Shown here: in pieces, positions 23,215-35,466 of the stretch | Position numbering within the stretch: position 1 is the stretch's first letter | Layout: every line of letters starts with the position of its first letter | DNA from: Eledone cirrhosa | Taxonomy: Eukaryota | Direction: 5' to 3' | Length of the DNA: 64,000 bases | NCBI GenBank assembly: GCA_964016885.1 | Contig: OZ024741.1 | Span: 395,064,001 to 395,128,000 of the forward strand | The notes under the pieces: generated by a model | Seen by the model: the letters and a program-made list of their open reading frames with translations, nothing else | The model's database searches: none | What the model was told of the DNA's origin: nothing | Program-made: the position numbers and the translations under genes

Positions 23215-25467
23215 TTAATAGTCTCTCTTTTGCCTTCGACCAAATTCTTCATATGGAGCGTAGTAACTTACTTTGGTGGAACCAATCTTGCTACGGCCCT
23301 GCCTTCGCATGTTACGGCGCTCTCGATCAAATTCCAAATCTTCCAACCGTTGTGTTAGTATTAATTTTTGCTGTATAGCCATTCGAAGTAATGAATTTAA
23401 AGTCTTTTTCTCCTCCTCTGCAGCAACAAGCTGCCTTTGCATTTCATCAAGCTGAGTTACATACTCATCACAGCGCTGTGCAAACATGGCACGCAATGAA
23501 GCAAATGTTGCAGCATCTTCTTTAAGTGCCTTCAGTTCATTTCTTAGCTTCATCATAGTGTCCGTCACTATTACCTTCTCATTCTCATATTTCTGTTTCA
23601 AATTGGCTAAGGCAATCTCAGCAGTGGATTTATTTGCTTTTAACACACTCCGTAAGGTAGCAATTTGTTCACGTTTGGTTGATAACATAGCTTTCAGTTT
23701 TACTATCTGTTCTTGTAGTTCTTTAACATCAGTGTTTTCATTATCTCCACCCTGTCGCTGCCTAGTCACTAGTAGATGGTCAACAGCACGCCTCAAATAC
23801 TTTATTTGGTCCAAAACAGTTTCAACTAACTTTCCACAAGAAGTAGGATCTCCTGCTCCCTTCAAGTCCTGGCTGACAAGGTCTTTTGTTTTCTTTTGAG
23901 CTTGTGAACCAGATTCAGCATTTTCTACAGTATTTACTTCATTACTCTTTTGAGAAGCATCAACTTTCTCCTCACTTCCGTCTCGTACATTATCTGGCCG
24001 AGACATCTGTGCTGCACTTTTGGCATGGTCAAGCATAACTCGACTTGGTAGCTCACCATTGACTTCACAAACTAAATGATATAATTGAGCCATCTCTTCT
24101 GTAATGTGAACCAATTGATCTTGGGTGACACTCAGTTTACCTTGGGCACTGTCTGCTGAATCAGTCATTCCAGACAGTTCCTTTTGTAAACTTTTTATCG
24201 TTTCTTGATATTCAATGACAGTTTCATTAAGGCTAGATAGTCTCTCCTTCACCTCAGGATCAATTGATTTGTTACTGTCAGCATTTTGTATTCTTTCCTG
24301 AAGGCAAGAAATTTCTTCTTGCAAACTACTAATTTCTTTCAAAGCTGCAGTATAATTCTTTTCATTTATTCTGTAGTTATGTTTTAAGAGCAAGATTTCT
24401 TTCTTTTCTTGGTCAGTTTCATTTTGAATCTCAGCAATATCTTCGTCAGTAAGTTCTCCCTCAGATAAAGTAATATCGGCTGCACTAATATTTGCTATTG
24501 CACTCATATGTGACTTCAGCTGAGCAGCTCTTTCTTTCTGCTCAACAAGATCTTTTTGAGTATCTTGCATTATCTTTTGAGCTTCATCCAAGCCTTTCTG
24601 AAGTTCCATTTTTTCACACTCACTCTGGTCAAGTAGCTGCTGTAATTTCTGTACTTCAGTCATATGGATTTCACTAAGTAAATCATTGACACTGGCCGGG
24701 GCAGGTTTAGGAATAATACTTTCTTTTTGAGGTTGTACAAAGTCTGCTTCTAATCGCTTGAGTGCAGGATGATCTTGAGATTCGCTTTCATCATCATTAG
24801 TTTCTCGATGACTACTGTTAAGATTAAGATCATGGTTATTGCTAAATTTAAGACCATCACTCAAGCCACCAATATGTGCCAAATTACTCAAATTAAACAT
24901 AGATTCACGTGTTAAATGGTGATCAAGTTCTTTCTTTAACATATACTTCTGCTCTCTTTCTTGCTGCAGAGAATGTAGTGCCTCTTCAAGATTTCTTTCT
25001 ACAATTTTTTTAAGGTTTTTTGTTTCCTCTAATTCTGCATTCAAATCATCAGTTTCCTCCTGAAGTGCTCTTTTTTCATGCTTTAAAGCTTCATAGTCCA
25101 CCTGACTTTGTCGCAATTGAGACAACTGTTTTTGAAGGTTTATATTCTCATCCTCCAGTTCAGCATAGTCAGCAAGATTACGATTTTCTCGAACCTTATA
25201 TTCTTTTATTTCATTCCTTAATTGTTTACGTTGAAGCTCTAAAGCTTCCATTTGTTGTTGACTCTCATTAACCAGTGCATTGAGCCGCTCATTTTCACAT
25301 GTGATGCGGTCATAAGCAGCTTTGATAGATTTAAGCTCAGTTTCAAGCTCACCAATAGTACCCCGGTACTGGTCTTCCAAGGAAAGGGTCTCTTGGAGAA
25401 ATCGTTCTTCATGCCGTATACCCACTTCATGTTGCTTTCTGTAAGTTGATTGATGTTTACTCAGTGC
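23215..25467 (-). CDS. BicD: Bicaudal-D homolog, coding exon 2 (CC1 C-terminal part, CC2, CC3 cargo-binding domain)
   Basis: Acceptor ttttgtccttttag|GCA at 25467 is in frame with ORF 23215-25425. Hallmark motifs: DYAELEDENINLQKQ, LSTKREQIATLRSVLKANKSTAEIALANLKQKYENEK, LRNELKALKEDAATFASLRAMFAQRCDEYVTQLD, EKKTLNSLLRMAIQQKL.LTQRLEDLEFD. Stop at 23215-23217 if the internal donor at 23271 is not used. Confidence 0.97.
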   Translation of the reverse strand, partial: ALSKHQSTYRKQHEVGIRHEERFLQETLSLEDQYRGTIGELETELKSIKAAYDRITCENERLNALVNESQQQMEALELQRKQLRNEIKEYKVRENRNLADYAELEDENINLQKQLSQLRQSQVDYEALKHEKRALQEETDDLNAELEETKNLKKIVERNLEEALHSLQQEREQKYMLKKELDHHLTRESMFNLSNLAHIGGLSDGLKFSNNHDLNLNSSHRETNDDESESQDHPALKRLEADFVQPQKESIIPKPAPASVNDLLSEIHMTEVQKLQQLLDQSECEKMELQKGLDEAQKIMQDTQKDLVEQKERAAQLKSHMSAIANISAADITLSEGELTDEDIAEIQNETDQEKKEILLLKHNYRINEKNYTAALKEISSLQEEISCLQERIQNADSNKSIDPEVKERLSSLNETVIEYQETIKSLQKELSGMTDSADSAQGKLSVTQDQLVHITEEMAQLYHLVCEVNGELPSRVMLDHAKSAAQMSRPDNVRDGSEEKVDASQKSNEVNTVENAESGSQAQKKTKDLVSQDLKGAGDPTSCGKLVETVLDQIKYLRRAVDHLLVTRQRQGGDNENTDVKELQEQIVKLKAMLSTKREQIATLRSVLKANKSTAEIALANLKQKYENEKVIVTDTMMKLRNELKALKEDAATFASLRAMFAQRCDEYVTQLDEMQRQLVAAEEEKKTLNSLLRMAIQQKLILTQRLEDLEFDRERRNMRRQGRSKIGSTKVSYYAPYEEFGRRQKRDY

Positions 25468-25739
25468 CTAAAAGGACAAAACAAAAATGTTAACGAAACT
25501 CTTAGTATATACAAATATGAACAGCAGTTATTCAAAGTACAAAATTAACAAATCTTCTTGAAGCTTAAATACAAAGCTGGTATACATTTAGTTTATGATT
25601 AAGAGGATGGGGTTCTATGAAAAAAAAAATAAATTTACAATTCACATCTATGCAGTTTTAGCTGGGCTTCTGTGCAAGCATGGTGAAAGAAATGTAAAAA
25701 TGGTGGTAGTATTGGGAGTTTATCAACATTTCCCTTCAG

Positions 25740-27640
25740 TTTAAGGGAAACTCCCCTCATTAGTATGCTACTTAGTTCCCGGAATTTTTTCCACACACAT
25801 CTCTCTAGTTACTGCCAAAGTTTGACCCACCTTTCTCCATTAAACATCTTGGTAAGTAAACATTTTCATGCCATTCCCAAGAACCAGCTCAACATCTTCT
25901 CCATATACACATTTTACACTGAAATGAAGCTGCCTTATTGTTTAATAATACCTTCAAATCACTACATTTTTTTTTAATATACCCATCTAGTCCATTTTGT
26001 ACATTTAATGGAGTTCACTCCAACACCTGACCAACCTTCCTGCTTTTCCATTTCACCACCTGTCATCACCATCTTTCTGATATCCACCTTCATACCTTTT
26101 GCATCCATTCATACTTTCCATCTAGTCATCTTCCTCACTCAGTTCATCCATACTCTCTATTAATACCCAGTCATCTGCCTACAGTAATTCCCATAGTAAA
26201 TTATTTTTTATACTGCAAGCCAGAACCACCCCCACAACTATGAATAGCAGAAGGCTTACTTTCAAACACTATTACTGTCCTTTGGCTTTAACTCCTGCTC
26301 CTCCATGCTTCATTTTTCTCCAGCTTCCCTAATTTCTCCCTTAGTCTGAAAAACTGGACTGCTCTCTATGTTGCAATCCCATTCATTATCTACATTCAAC
26401 AATTTCTCCATATTTCTCTTCCACCTTTCCTTAATTCCATCAAAGTCTGCAATAATTTGTTCCACTGCATCCTTCAAGCAGTTTGCAACTGTCACATCAC
26501 ACCCCTCTCACAGCTAAGTTACATAAGTAGTATGGTACATTGAATATAAGAAATGGAGACTTAAGAGAGACATGTTGAGTCAGAGAACCAAAAGTAGATA
26601 TACCTCCTAATTTCTGACACTATTACCATTTTAATGTTTCACCATGCTTGCACATCACCAATCATTGCAGTCTTTTGCCATCTACATTGTAAAGTTTAAC
26701 TTCTAGAAGTCAATCTCCACAACTTTATTCCATGTTTTGCTTGGTCTACTTACACAGGTTCCATTCACTTTGAGTGCTCTGCACTTTGTTATATACCTGT
26801 ACACTACTACATCTGATTCCTCTTATACTCAATTGTTGTCGCAGCTCACTTGTACATTGTCATTCATGTACACTAACATTACACATTCACCAGAGCTAAC
26901 TGTTTCTTATAGCCCAACCACTATATTCAAGCCCCATGTTATGCTACCATGCAGTAATTCAATTTGTACACAGGCATCACACAATCTGCCCTACACTACA
27001 AGAAACTGTTGCCAATGAATCTTTTTTTAAAATTCTATGATGCTTTTGAAATACTCATCTCCTCTAATTAGACCACTTAGGTAACAAAAGCCATCAATTA
27101 CTGAGGGTATGTCTGGGCATTTGAGAGAATCTATTTCTTGTGTGCTTTTGCTCTTGTGCATCTGCTGCATAAAAAGTCTACATTATTTGCTAGCTTGCCT
27201 GCGACTTGTGTGTCCATAATTTACACTCAGTATACCACATGGAATTCCTCCATACTCTGCACATATTGAGTAAGGCCATTTCCTTTTTGACATCTGCCCC
27301 GATTACTAGATATTTAGTCATTGTTAAGTTTACTTTGAGGTCTTTCAATTCCAGGTTTTGCTGCCATGCCTAGAATTTCTTTAACTCTGCTAAAGATTAA
27401 GTTATAAAAACTACATAACCATATAGGGGTTCCAATAGGCAGTCAAACTTAAACTCTTGTTATAGCCTTGAGTGCTACAATAAACTGAAAAGGGTTGAAG
27501 ACTGAACACTGGTGGATCTCTACCCAAAAGCTAAATTTATCACTGTTCTCGTTTACCCTCACCTTACTGCATGTACCCATGTACATACATGGCTTGCACA
27601 GCAATCAAGTCATTCATCTTCTCTTAATTTGCTCATAACC
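25740..27640 (-). mobile_element. Degenerate RTE LINE fragments
   Basis: KERWKRNMEKLLNVDNEWD (26310-26495) plus decayed RT and Cys-rich segments at 26600-27640. Confidence 0.6.
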
Positions 27641-27759
27641 CATTAAATTATAGATAGTTCAACATTAATTCATGAGATTGAAGTTTCAGGACAATTTGTG
27701 AAATTTTAGGATTAATATTTCATTCAAAAGAAATATTAGGCTATGTTATTTTGAGGTCA

Positions 27760-28620
27760 GGCATTTGATTTCTTTAAACCATTAGTCAAACGAAGTTGAG
27801 AAAATTAACTAATGAAGGTTTTTAGAAAGGACTTCTGGAGGAAGTAAATGGGCTTCTTTAGTTGTGAAAAAGGTGGACAAAGATCTCAGATTATTATCCA
27901 ACAGCAAACAGAGAATCAATATTCCATTCTATTTGACACAAATTATTTTACTAAATTGGATTTAAAGATGGCATATGGTGAGAGATGTGTTCAGAAGTAA
28001 AAGAAATTACGATAAATACACTAATAAGTCTTTTAAAATAGATATGATTTCCATATAGAATTAAAATAGCAGCACTGTTTTGAGAAAGCAATTATGTTTT
28101 GGAAATGACACTGGTCGTGTTATTTATCAAGACAACTTGTGCAATGAATCTAAAACTTTTTAAAGTCTATCAATGTAGATGACATTAAAAAAAGATTGAT
28201 CTCAATTTTTGATAATTGTCTTTTGTAGGATATAAAGGAAAATAGTGAGAGTTATGGATGTAAAAACACCAAAGTATAAGTAGTAATAAAAAATTTATTT
28301 TTTAACTAAATTTCTATGGGAAATTTACTATTCAGATCACATATCTTGTATCGCTGGGCATATGTAACATCCAATTTCTTAGGGAGCTCAATAACAAAAG
28401 CCAACAGATATAAATGTTGGTATCAAAATTTGTAGCCCAGATTTATGAGGTCACAGAAGTTACACTAAATGATGCAAGTGAAAAGGATATATGAGGAATA
28501 CCTTCACAAGATAGCTTAACCTGTACTATATTTGTCAATAGCCAAAACAGCAATCTCATATCAAAACCGAAGCCTTGGCAATTGTATTGTGTATTTGAAA
28601 AGCACAGCATTGTGGTTCAA
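27760..28620 (+). mobile_element. Degenerate Ty3/Gypsy pol remnant (RT-RNase H)
   Basis: Decayed motifs in the expected order: FTKLDFKDG, TINT, IYQD, DASEK, EALAIV. Confidence 0.6.
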
Positions 28621-29029
28621 CAACAGGAAATTGAAACTAGAAGCATTTTACTATGAAGATGTGGAATGATGTGTAAGATGTTTAACGTGCTAAAATAAAA
28701 CTGGAATTATTCACAGTGCAGTCACAATAATGAGCACTATATCTGTGCATATGGATCATATATGTTAAGAATTTAGGGCAGTTCTTCATACTCAAGATGA
28801 GCAGAAATAAGAATAAAGAAGCAAGTAGAAGACAGGTATTTAGAACTGTTTGTCAGAAATGGTGCCCTAGAAACAGTGACAATACCTGTGAATTTTCTGA
28901 TAACTTATGTACATGGCATGGTAAAATGCCTCCATTTCATTCAGAATTAAATAGAAATGCTGAATGCCACAAGTGTTAAAATAGTTCTATTAATGCATAT
29001 TTAAGTTGCATTCTTTTGAATGGCATGTG

Positions 29030-29480
29030 ATGGTGATCTCAGTATCATGGCTGGTGAAATCAGTAGACATAACCAATGAATGGTGCAGCAGTATCATTGT
29101 AAACTACTCCAATGGCAAAGGAGATACACTAGAGAACTAACTAGAGGCATCAAGTTGATGGACTCAGGTCATGAAAGCTACAGAAAGGGACAGAATCAAG
29201 TTAAATGAGATGCAGTTAGGATTGATGCCAGATAGGGGTACTATCAATGGCCTCTTTCTGGTGAGACTACAGAAGTACTTGGCTATAAGTAAACTACTGT
29301 ACCTTGCATTTGTGAATTTGGAAAAGGCTTTTGATAGGGTCACCTGCTTTGTAATCTGGAGATGCAAAAGAAGCTAAATGTAGACAAATGGCTCATGGGG
29401 GGGGGTGCAAGCCATATACAGAGGTACAACAAGCAAGGTGAGAGTTGCCATTCAGTGATGAATTTAAAGTGCAGGTGTTC
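29030..29480 (+). mobile_element. Degenerate RTE RT fragment
   Basis: EMQLGLMPDRGT...LYLAFVNLEKAFDRV. Confidence 0.75.
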
Positions 29481-30541
29481 AGTTTTCAGTTCACTTGTTT
29501 ATCAGTACTTTAGAGTAAAACATGACAAACATTTGTCTAAATAAATGGAGAAAGTATTTGAGATTTATACTTTTTTAAGTTCAAAAATATTTAAAACAAA
29601 TAAAATTAAAAAAAACCCATTTTGATTATCTTTAACTAAAAATTTGAAATGGTGACTATATTGGTTGAATATGATCCACCATTATAAATGAGTCAAAATA
29701 AATGGTTTTCTTATACCAAAAGTTTACATTTTAATTTAGTGACCAAACAGCTAAAACCAGCTTTGTAAAGAAAATTAAATGAAAATTGGTTTTTCCGTAT
29801 GTGTACTCTACAATTTCTGGATATTTCAAAATTACTTATATGTCTGAATATGTCAAGTGAACAGGTTTTGAGTGGTGTGTGAAGAGAACTGATTTGAATC
29901 TATGCCATTTTTAGTACTACCTGCCCACAATTGTAAATGTCACAAAACTTTTCGCTATTTTTAATTCATTCTTAAAAATTGAATTAAATTTATTCATTTC
30001 AAATTATTTACAGATTACACCAGGTTTAAAGACTGGATTTTTTTTTTCCTGAAGGAGTTGCAACATTTTGAAGTTATAGGCTAAAAATTCTAGTCACTAA
30101 TGATGTCAAAAAGTAACTAAAAAACAAAAACTCATGCCATTCAGGTCTAACAAGTCACACCAGTAATGTCAAAAATGGGTCGCAAAACAAACAATGAATA
30201 GTATATGTTAAAAAAGAATGCAAACAAGATATGCATAAATGTAATTGATTCAAATTCAAAACAGCTGTCATACACTTCCAGAAACTCAAATTCTAGTATT
30301 AGTTGAAATATGTCAATAATATAAACATGACATTACTGGTAGTTAATTACAAATTGAATCTACTTTCAAAGACCATTTTAATGGAGGTTGTTTTATGCTA
30401 AGTGGTCAGATGTCTCAACTGAGAGGGCAGTGATGCCTGCATATCTGCAAAAATACTAATATCAGGATCAACCCAATTGACTAGACACTTCCCCTAAAAA
30501 TGTGGCATTGTATTGATGTGAGAGCAACACAATTTTGATTA

Positions 30542-32454
30542 CACTGGTCAACAATTTTTTAGAGGTTGTATTTCTTAAACGAGATTATTTAATTCAAATA
30601 TCACCTTGATAAATACTTATTAGCTACAGGCTTAAAGATACACAACATGTAATATTTGATTATTTTATTATAACATACAATATGTGTGATTATGTTTTAA
30701 GCTGTATTCCGTATCTACTCTCTGCCTTTTTGCTTGACATAGTGGGATGAAAAGTCATTTCTTGCCAATGTCCAGCAATAGTCTGCAAGCATTTTTGTGC
30801 TCCATTTGTCCTAGTACCACTTTTCCATAGTTGAAATATCTTGGTGAAACTTTTCACCATGTTCGTCACAACCTGTCACAAAGTTCGCTGGAAAAAACTC
30901 TAAATGTGAGTCCAAAAAGTAAATTTTAAGTGACATGTTACATCCCATGTTCTTGTAAGCCTTCCTTGATGAGGTTTTCCACCAATTCTTCAATTTCCTT
31001 CTCTTCTGTTTCCGAGAAATTCCTTCGCCACTAACTTGAATGCTTCCCAAGCAGCTTTCTCCTCCCCATGAAGGGCTGATTCAAAGTCACCATCTTTTAG
31101 AAGCTCTTGAATCTGGGGACCAATGAAGACTCCTTCTTTGATCTTAATATCATTCAGTGAGGGGAATTTTGATGCTAAATACTGGAATTGTCCATAGCTT
31201 TTACAAAGTGTTTTATGAGACCCAGTTTTATGTGTTAGAGGAGGTAGCAAAATTTAGTTTGGTTTAGTGAGAGGTGGCTGTTGAACATTTTTCATCCCAG
31301 GCTCCAATGATTGACGAGGTGGCCAGTCTCTCCTAATATAGTAGGAACATCTTGCATGGTTGTCCCATTGACACAAAAAGCAGCAGTACTTGGTGTATCC
31401 ATCCTGTAAGCCCATCACAAGAGCAACAACCTTTAAGTCACCACAGACCTGCCATTGATGTTCATCATATTTTATGCATTGCAAACATATGCTTTATATT
31501 CTCATAAGTTTCTTTCATATGTGATGCATAGCCCAAAGGAACTGGTGGTTCACTATTGCCATTATGCAGTAAGACATATGTCATACTTGCTTTTGATGAA
31601 TCTATGAACAGCCTCCAGTGACTGGGTTCATATTTAATATTAAGTGCTTCCATCATACCATTAATATTGTTGCAGGCCAATAAATCACTTTCCATTATGA
31701 AGAAATTGCTGAACTGCAGCAGACAGTCATGAAATTTTGAGATCATCACATGAGCTGTTAGGTGATTCCACTGTTGAAGACAAGAGCTTAGTAGTTCTGC
31801 CTTATTCTTAGGTAGTTGTAGATCCATCACAAGGTCATAGAGATCCCCTTGTGTTATAAGATGTGGTCTAGAGGAGTGTGCTTCATCAAAATTTGGGTCA
31901 CTCTGTAATCCAGCAATGTCATCCTTCTCTGCTTCCTCCTCATTACCTCTTCATCCGACTCGATGGATACCAAAGTTGGTGCATCAGGAACAGGCAGATC
32001 TTCTCCATATGGAACAGGTCGAATAGCTGATAGAATGTTTGGATATTCAATGAACTCCTTTTTCTTCTTTGACAAGCCCTTTTTTACTGAAGGTACCATG
32101 CAGAAATAACAATTGTTGGTATGGTCTATTGGCTCCTGCCACATCATTAGCACAGCAAAAGGAATTCCTTTTATCTTCCTGTTCAACCATAGGCGAAGGT
32201 TAGTAGCACAAGTGGAGAATATCTGAGGAGCCCACTTCTTATCCTGGTCATCAATCTTGCATCCAAAATATAGGTGATGCCTTTCTAACCATAATAGTTA
32301 GCGTTTCTGTGAGGCAAAGGTCACCTCATTACAAAGTACGTGTATGTTGAAAAGTAGAGCTAACAAACATTTTTAATGACAATATTATCAGTGACCTAAA
32401 ATTTGTTGGAAATTGCTACTTTGGTCTCGGAAGCATTTTGGTTGTTGACCAATG
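30542..32454 (-). mobile_element. Full-length decayed Chapaev3 (CMC superfamily) DNA transposon
   Basis: TIRs CACTGGTCAACAA (30542) and TTGTTGACCAATG (32442-32454), with TTA on both flanks (3-bp TSD). Frameshifted transposase motifs: WQEP.DH.NNCYFC, WRLFIDSS, GDLKVV...GYTKYCCFLC, LPPL, KIKEGVFIGPQI, MGCNMSLK..FL.SHL, DEHGEKFHQDI. Confidence 0.88.
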
Positions 32455-33019
32455 TTATTGGTTGTAACCCCATCATCTACAGTATATTGCAAATGGTCTG
32501 AGAAAGGTTAGACACTTCTCATTGACCCTGTATAGAAATCTAGCTACCTGCCTATGTAATAAACCATTATTCCGCTTTAAAATTATTGTAATTGAACAGT
32601 CGATGCATTAAACTTATTTTCTAATCTGTGGTTAAAATAGATACTTGCAAGATAACAGCTATTGATCCATAAAAAGAAATTTGTTTCGGTTAATCCAATA
32701 ACGAATAATTTACACTAAATGTCTATTTACTTTTTTTTTTAATTATGCAATTTTTCATCTCAAATGACATTTTAAAAAGCCCTTTACAATTATATAGAAG
32801 CTTTTTCCTATAGTTATTTTTTCATCCTTTGAAAAATCCCAGCTATTTAATATATCAATTACTGAATTTAATTTTAAGACAAGTAGTTGTCCTTATACTA
32901 TAAGTTATAGGTGCCCAGTTTACATACTTTGTCATTCATCACTACTCAGTAGCAGCAAGATAATAAAGCAGTTTATAGGCAATTCAGAGGAGGATAAGAG
33001 CATTTAAATTCAAATCATT

Positions 33020-34060
33020 GTTTAATATTTTGTCCGCGGGGCGGCCAGCGCATGGGCCTCCATTTGCTCACAATAGTGAGAGATGGGGTGAGCGGGAGAG
33101 AGGGAGACAGTGAGAGTTTGGTTCTTTTGCGTTCGGACCTTGTGTGTATGTAAGAGCAAAGTAGGTAAAGTACCAGTAGTTGTATTTAATTTACGATTGA
33201 AGCACCCGTAATCTTCCATTTACAATATTAGTTGTCAAAATCATGCTACGTAAGAATCTCGGTGAAAAGAAAAGGGAAGGAATTCCTTGTGTGGGAGATT
33301 GGGGAGGTAGACCTATGATTTAGCAAGACTTATTTCTATTAGCAGCTGTCATTTAAATGTAGGTAAAGAAAAAAACGCATTTTTTACGTGTATTCATAAC
33401 ATTTATATTCCACCAATCAACAAAAACTCTTAAAGAAACACTGCGTTTTAGAAGGGACATTTTCTAAAAACAAACAGCATTCTGATATCTGCTTATGCAA
33501 AAATAAACAGGATGCAACATAACTTACAAACATTTTGTATTTAATATGCTGATAGTCGAAATCAGCATTTAAATTTGGAAAGGGTGGGGGCAAACATTCA
33601 AGATGTCCGCAAATAATTTTATGTAATTACCTATGGGTAGTTACTATACACACACGAAAACGTTAGAATAAATGAATTGTTCTTGCATCACAAAGAAAGC
33701 GACAGACATACGACAGTAATGAAAGTTCATTGCATGTGCCAAGCGTGCAGGTACAAAACGCAACATTCGTATTTAATTATAGACCTGAGAGATGAAAATA
33801 ACCAATCACTCTTTATAGTACTAGCAAGCAGTGAATTCTAAGTGCAACTAGCTATATACGAAGCCGTCTAAATATATATCACTCTACCGGCCCACTTTTT
33901 CGTTGGGCAATATTAAAGACACCATGATTAGTTAGAAATGCGGGATTTAGAACTGAATCGACATAACTTACTACAAAGTTTCAATATATAAAAGCAGATA
34001 CATTTAATTACGGAAATAACCTCTGAAACCACACAAACCGCTATTTTTAAAAGAACTAAG
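33020..34060. promoter_or_regulatory. CpG-retaining non-repetitive island in BicD intron 1 (candidate internal promoter or enhancer)
   Basis: Roughly 30 CpGs in 1 kb by eye, versus visibly CpG-poor intron below ~32.9 kb. Includes GC-box-like CGCGGGGCGG and TATA-like motifs. Confidence 0.4.
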
Positions 34061-34233
34061 TTAATATTGTGGGGAAAAGGTTCACACATGGGAAAGAAAT
34101 TTGTCAAAGTAAACGAGAGAAAAATAGGACACTTAAAAAGAACAAAAATTGACTAATAATATTAGCTAGCAGAGAGCTATGAAGAAAAATAAGAAAATAA
34201 CTCCATATTAAGAGCCATCTATATGTATGTGTA

Positions 34234-34237
<4 letters not shown>

Positions 34238-34295
<58 letters not shown>

Positions 34296-34344
34296 TATAC
34301 ATACATATACACACACACATACACACATACACATATATACATAC

Positions 34345-34375
<31 letters not shown>

Positions 34376-34827
34376 TATACACACACATACATATATATAT
34401 ATATACATATACATACATACACATATATATATACATATATACATACATACATACATATATATATACATACATACATACATATATATATACATATACATAC
34501 ATACACATATATATATACATATATACATACATACATACATACATACAAACATATATATATACATACATACATACATATATATATACATACATACACATAT
34601 ATATATACATACATACACATATATATATACATACATACACATATATATATACATACATACACATATATATATACATACATACATACATACATATATATAT
34701 ATACATACATACATATATATATATACATACATACATACATATATATATATACATACATACATACATATATATATATACATACATACATACATATATATAT
34801 ATACATACATACATACATACACATATG
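34238..34827. repeat. Compound (TA)n/(TACA)n/(CA)n microsatellite
   Basis: Directly visible alternating YA dinucleotides. Confidence 0.98.
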
Positions 34828-35365
34828 TATTTGGGAGCAAAGATTGGGAGTACGGAAGATGATGTGGTTGAGAGGAAGAGCAAGGCCTGAGCGACGTGCC
34901 ACAGCTTGAGATCGGTGTGGAAGTCGGACCTTCGTAGAGACCTGAAAATTTGCCTCTTCATTGCTGTAGTGGAGTCTGTGCTGCTGTATGGGACTGAGAC
35001 TTGGACACTGACCAAGAAACTCACTCAGATGGTGGCTGAGTGCTACACGAGAATGCTGAGGATGGCTCTGAACATTAATCAGTATACACTGAGGATGAAA
35101 AACTCAGAGATGTATGGGAGCATCCCAGAGGAGACTGAGGTTAGCTGAACATGCTCACCGACATCCAGAGTTGACATTGCACTCAGTACTCCTTTGGGAG
35201 CCCCTACATGGACACACTAGAAGAGGAAGACCAAGGTTAACGTATGTTGATGCCCTAAGGACAGACACTGGTCTGTTGGAGATGCAGGACATGGCAGCAA
35301 TAATGAGGGACAGAGACCGCTGGAGAGAACTCGTCCATGGATCTCGGGAATTTTACCCACCTTAG
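34828..35365 (+). mobile_element. RTE-clade LINE 3' fragment embedded in microsatellite (distinct family)
   Basis: YLGAKI...[25 protein letters not shown]...RMLRMALN, then RRLRLA.H..RH...[18 protein letters not shown]...DRDRWR. The stop codon runs straight into (TAGA)n. Confidence 0.88.
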
Positions 35366-35433
35366 ATAGATAGATAGATATATACACACACACACACATA
35401 TATATACATACACATGTATATATACATACACAC

Positions 35434-35466
<33 letters not shown>

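Noticed and set aside
33022-33219. 65-aa minus-strand ORF in the CpG-rich island
   Set aside because: No recognisable homology and no splice donor linking it to BicD.
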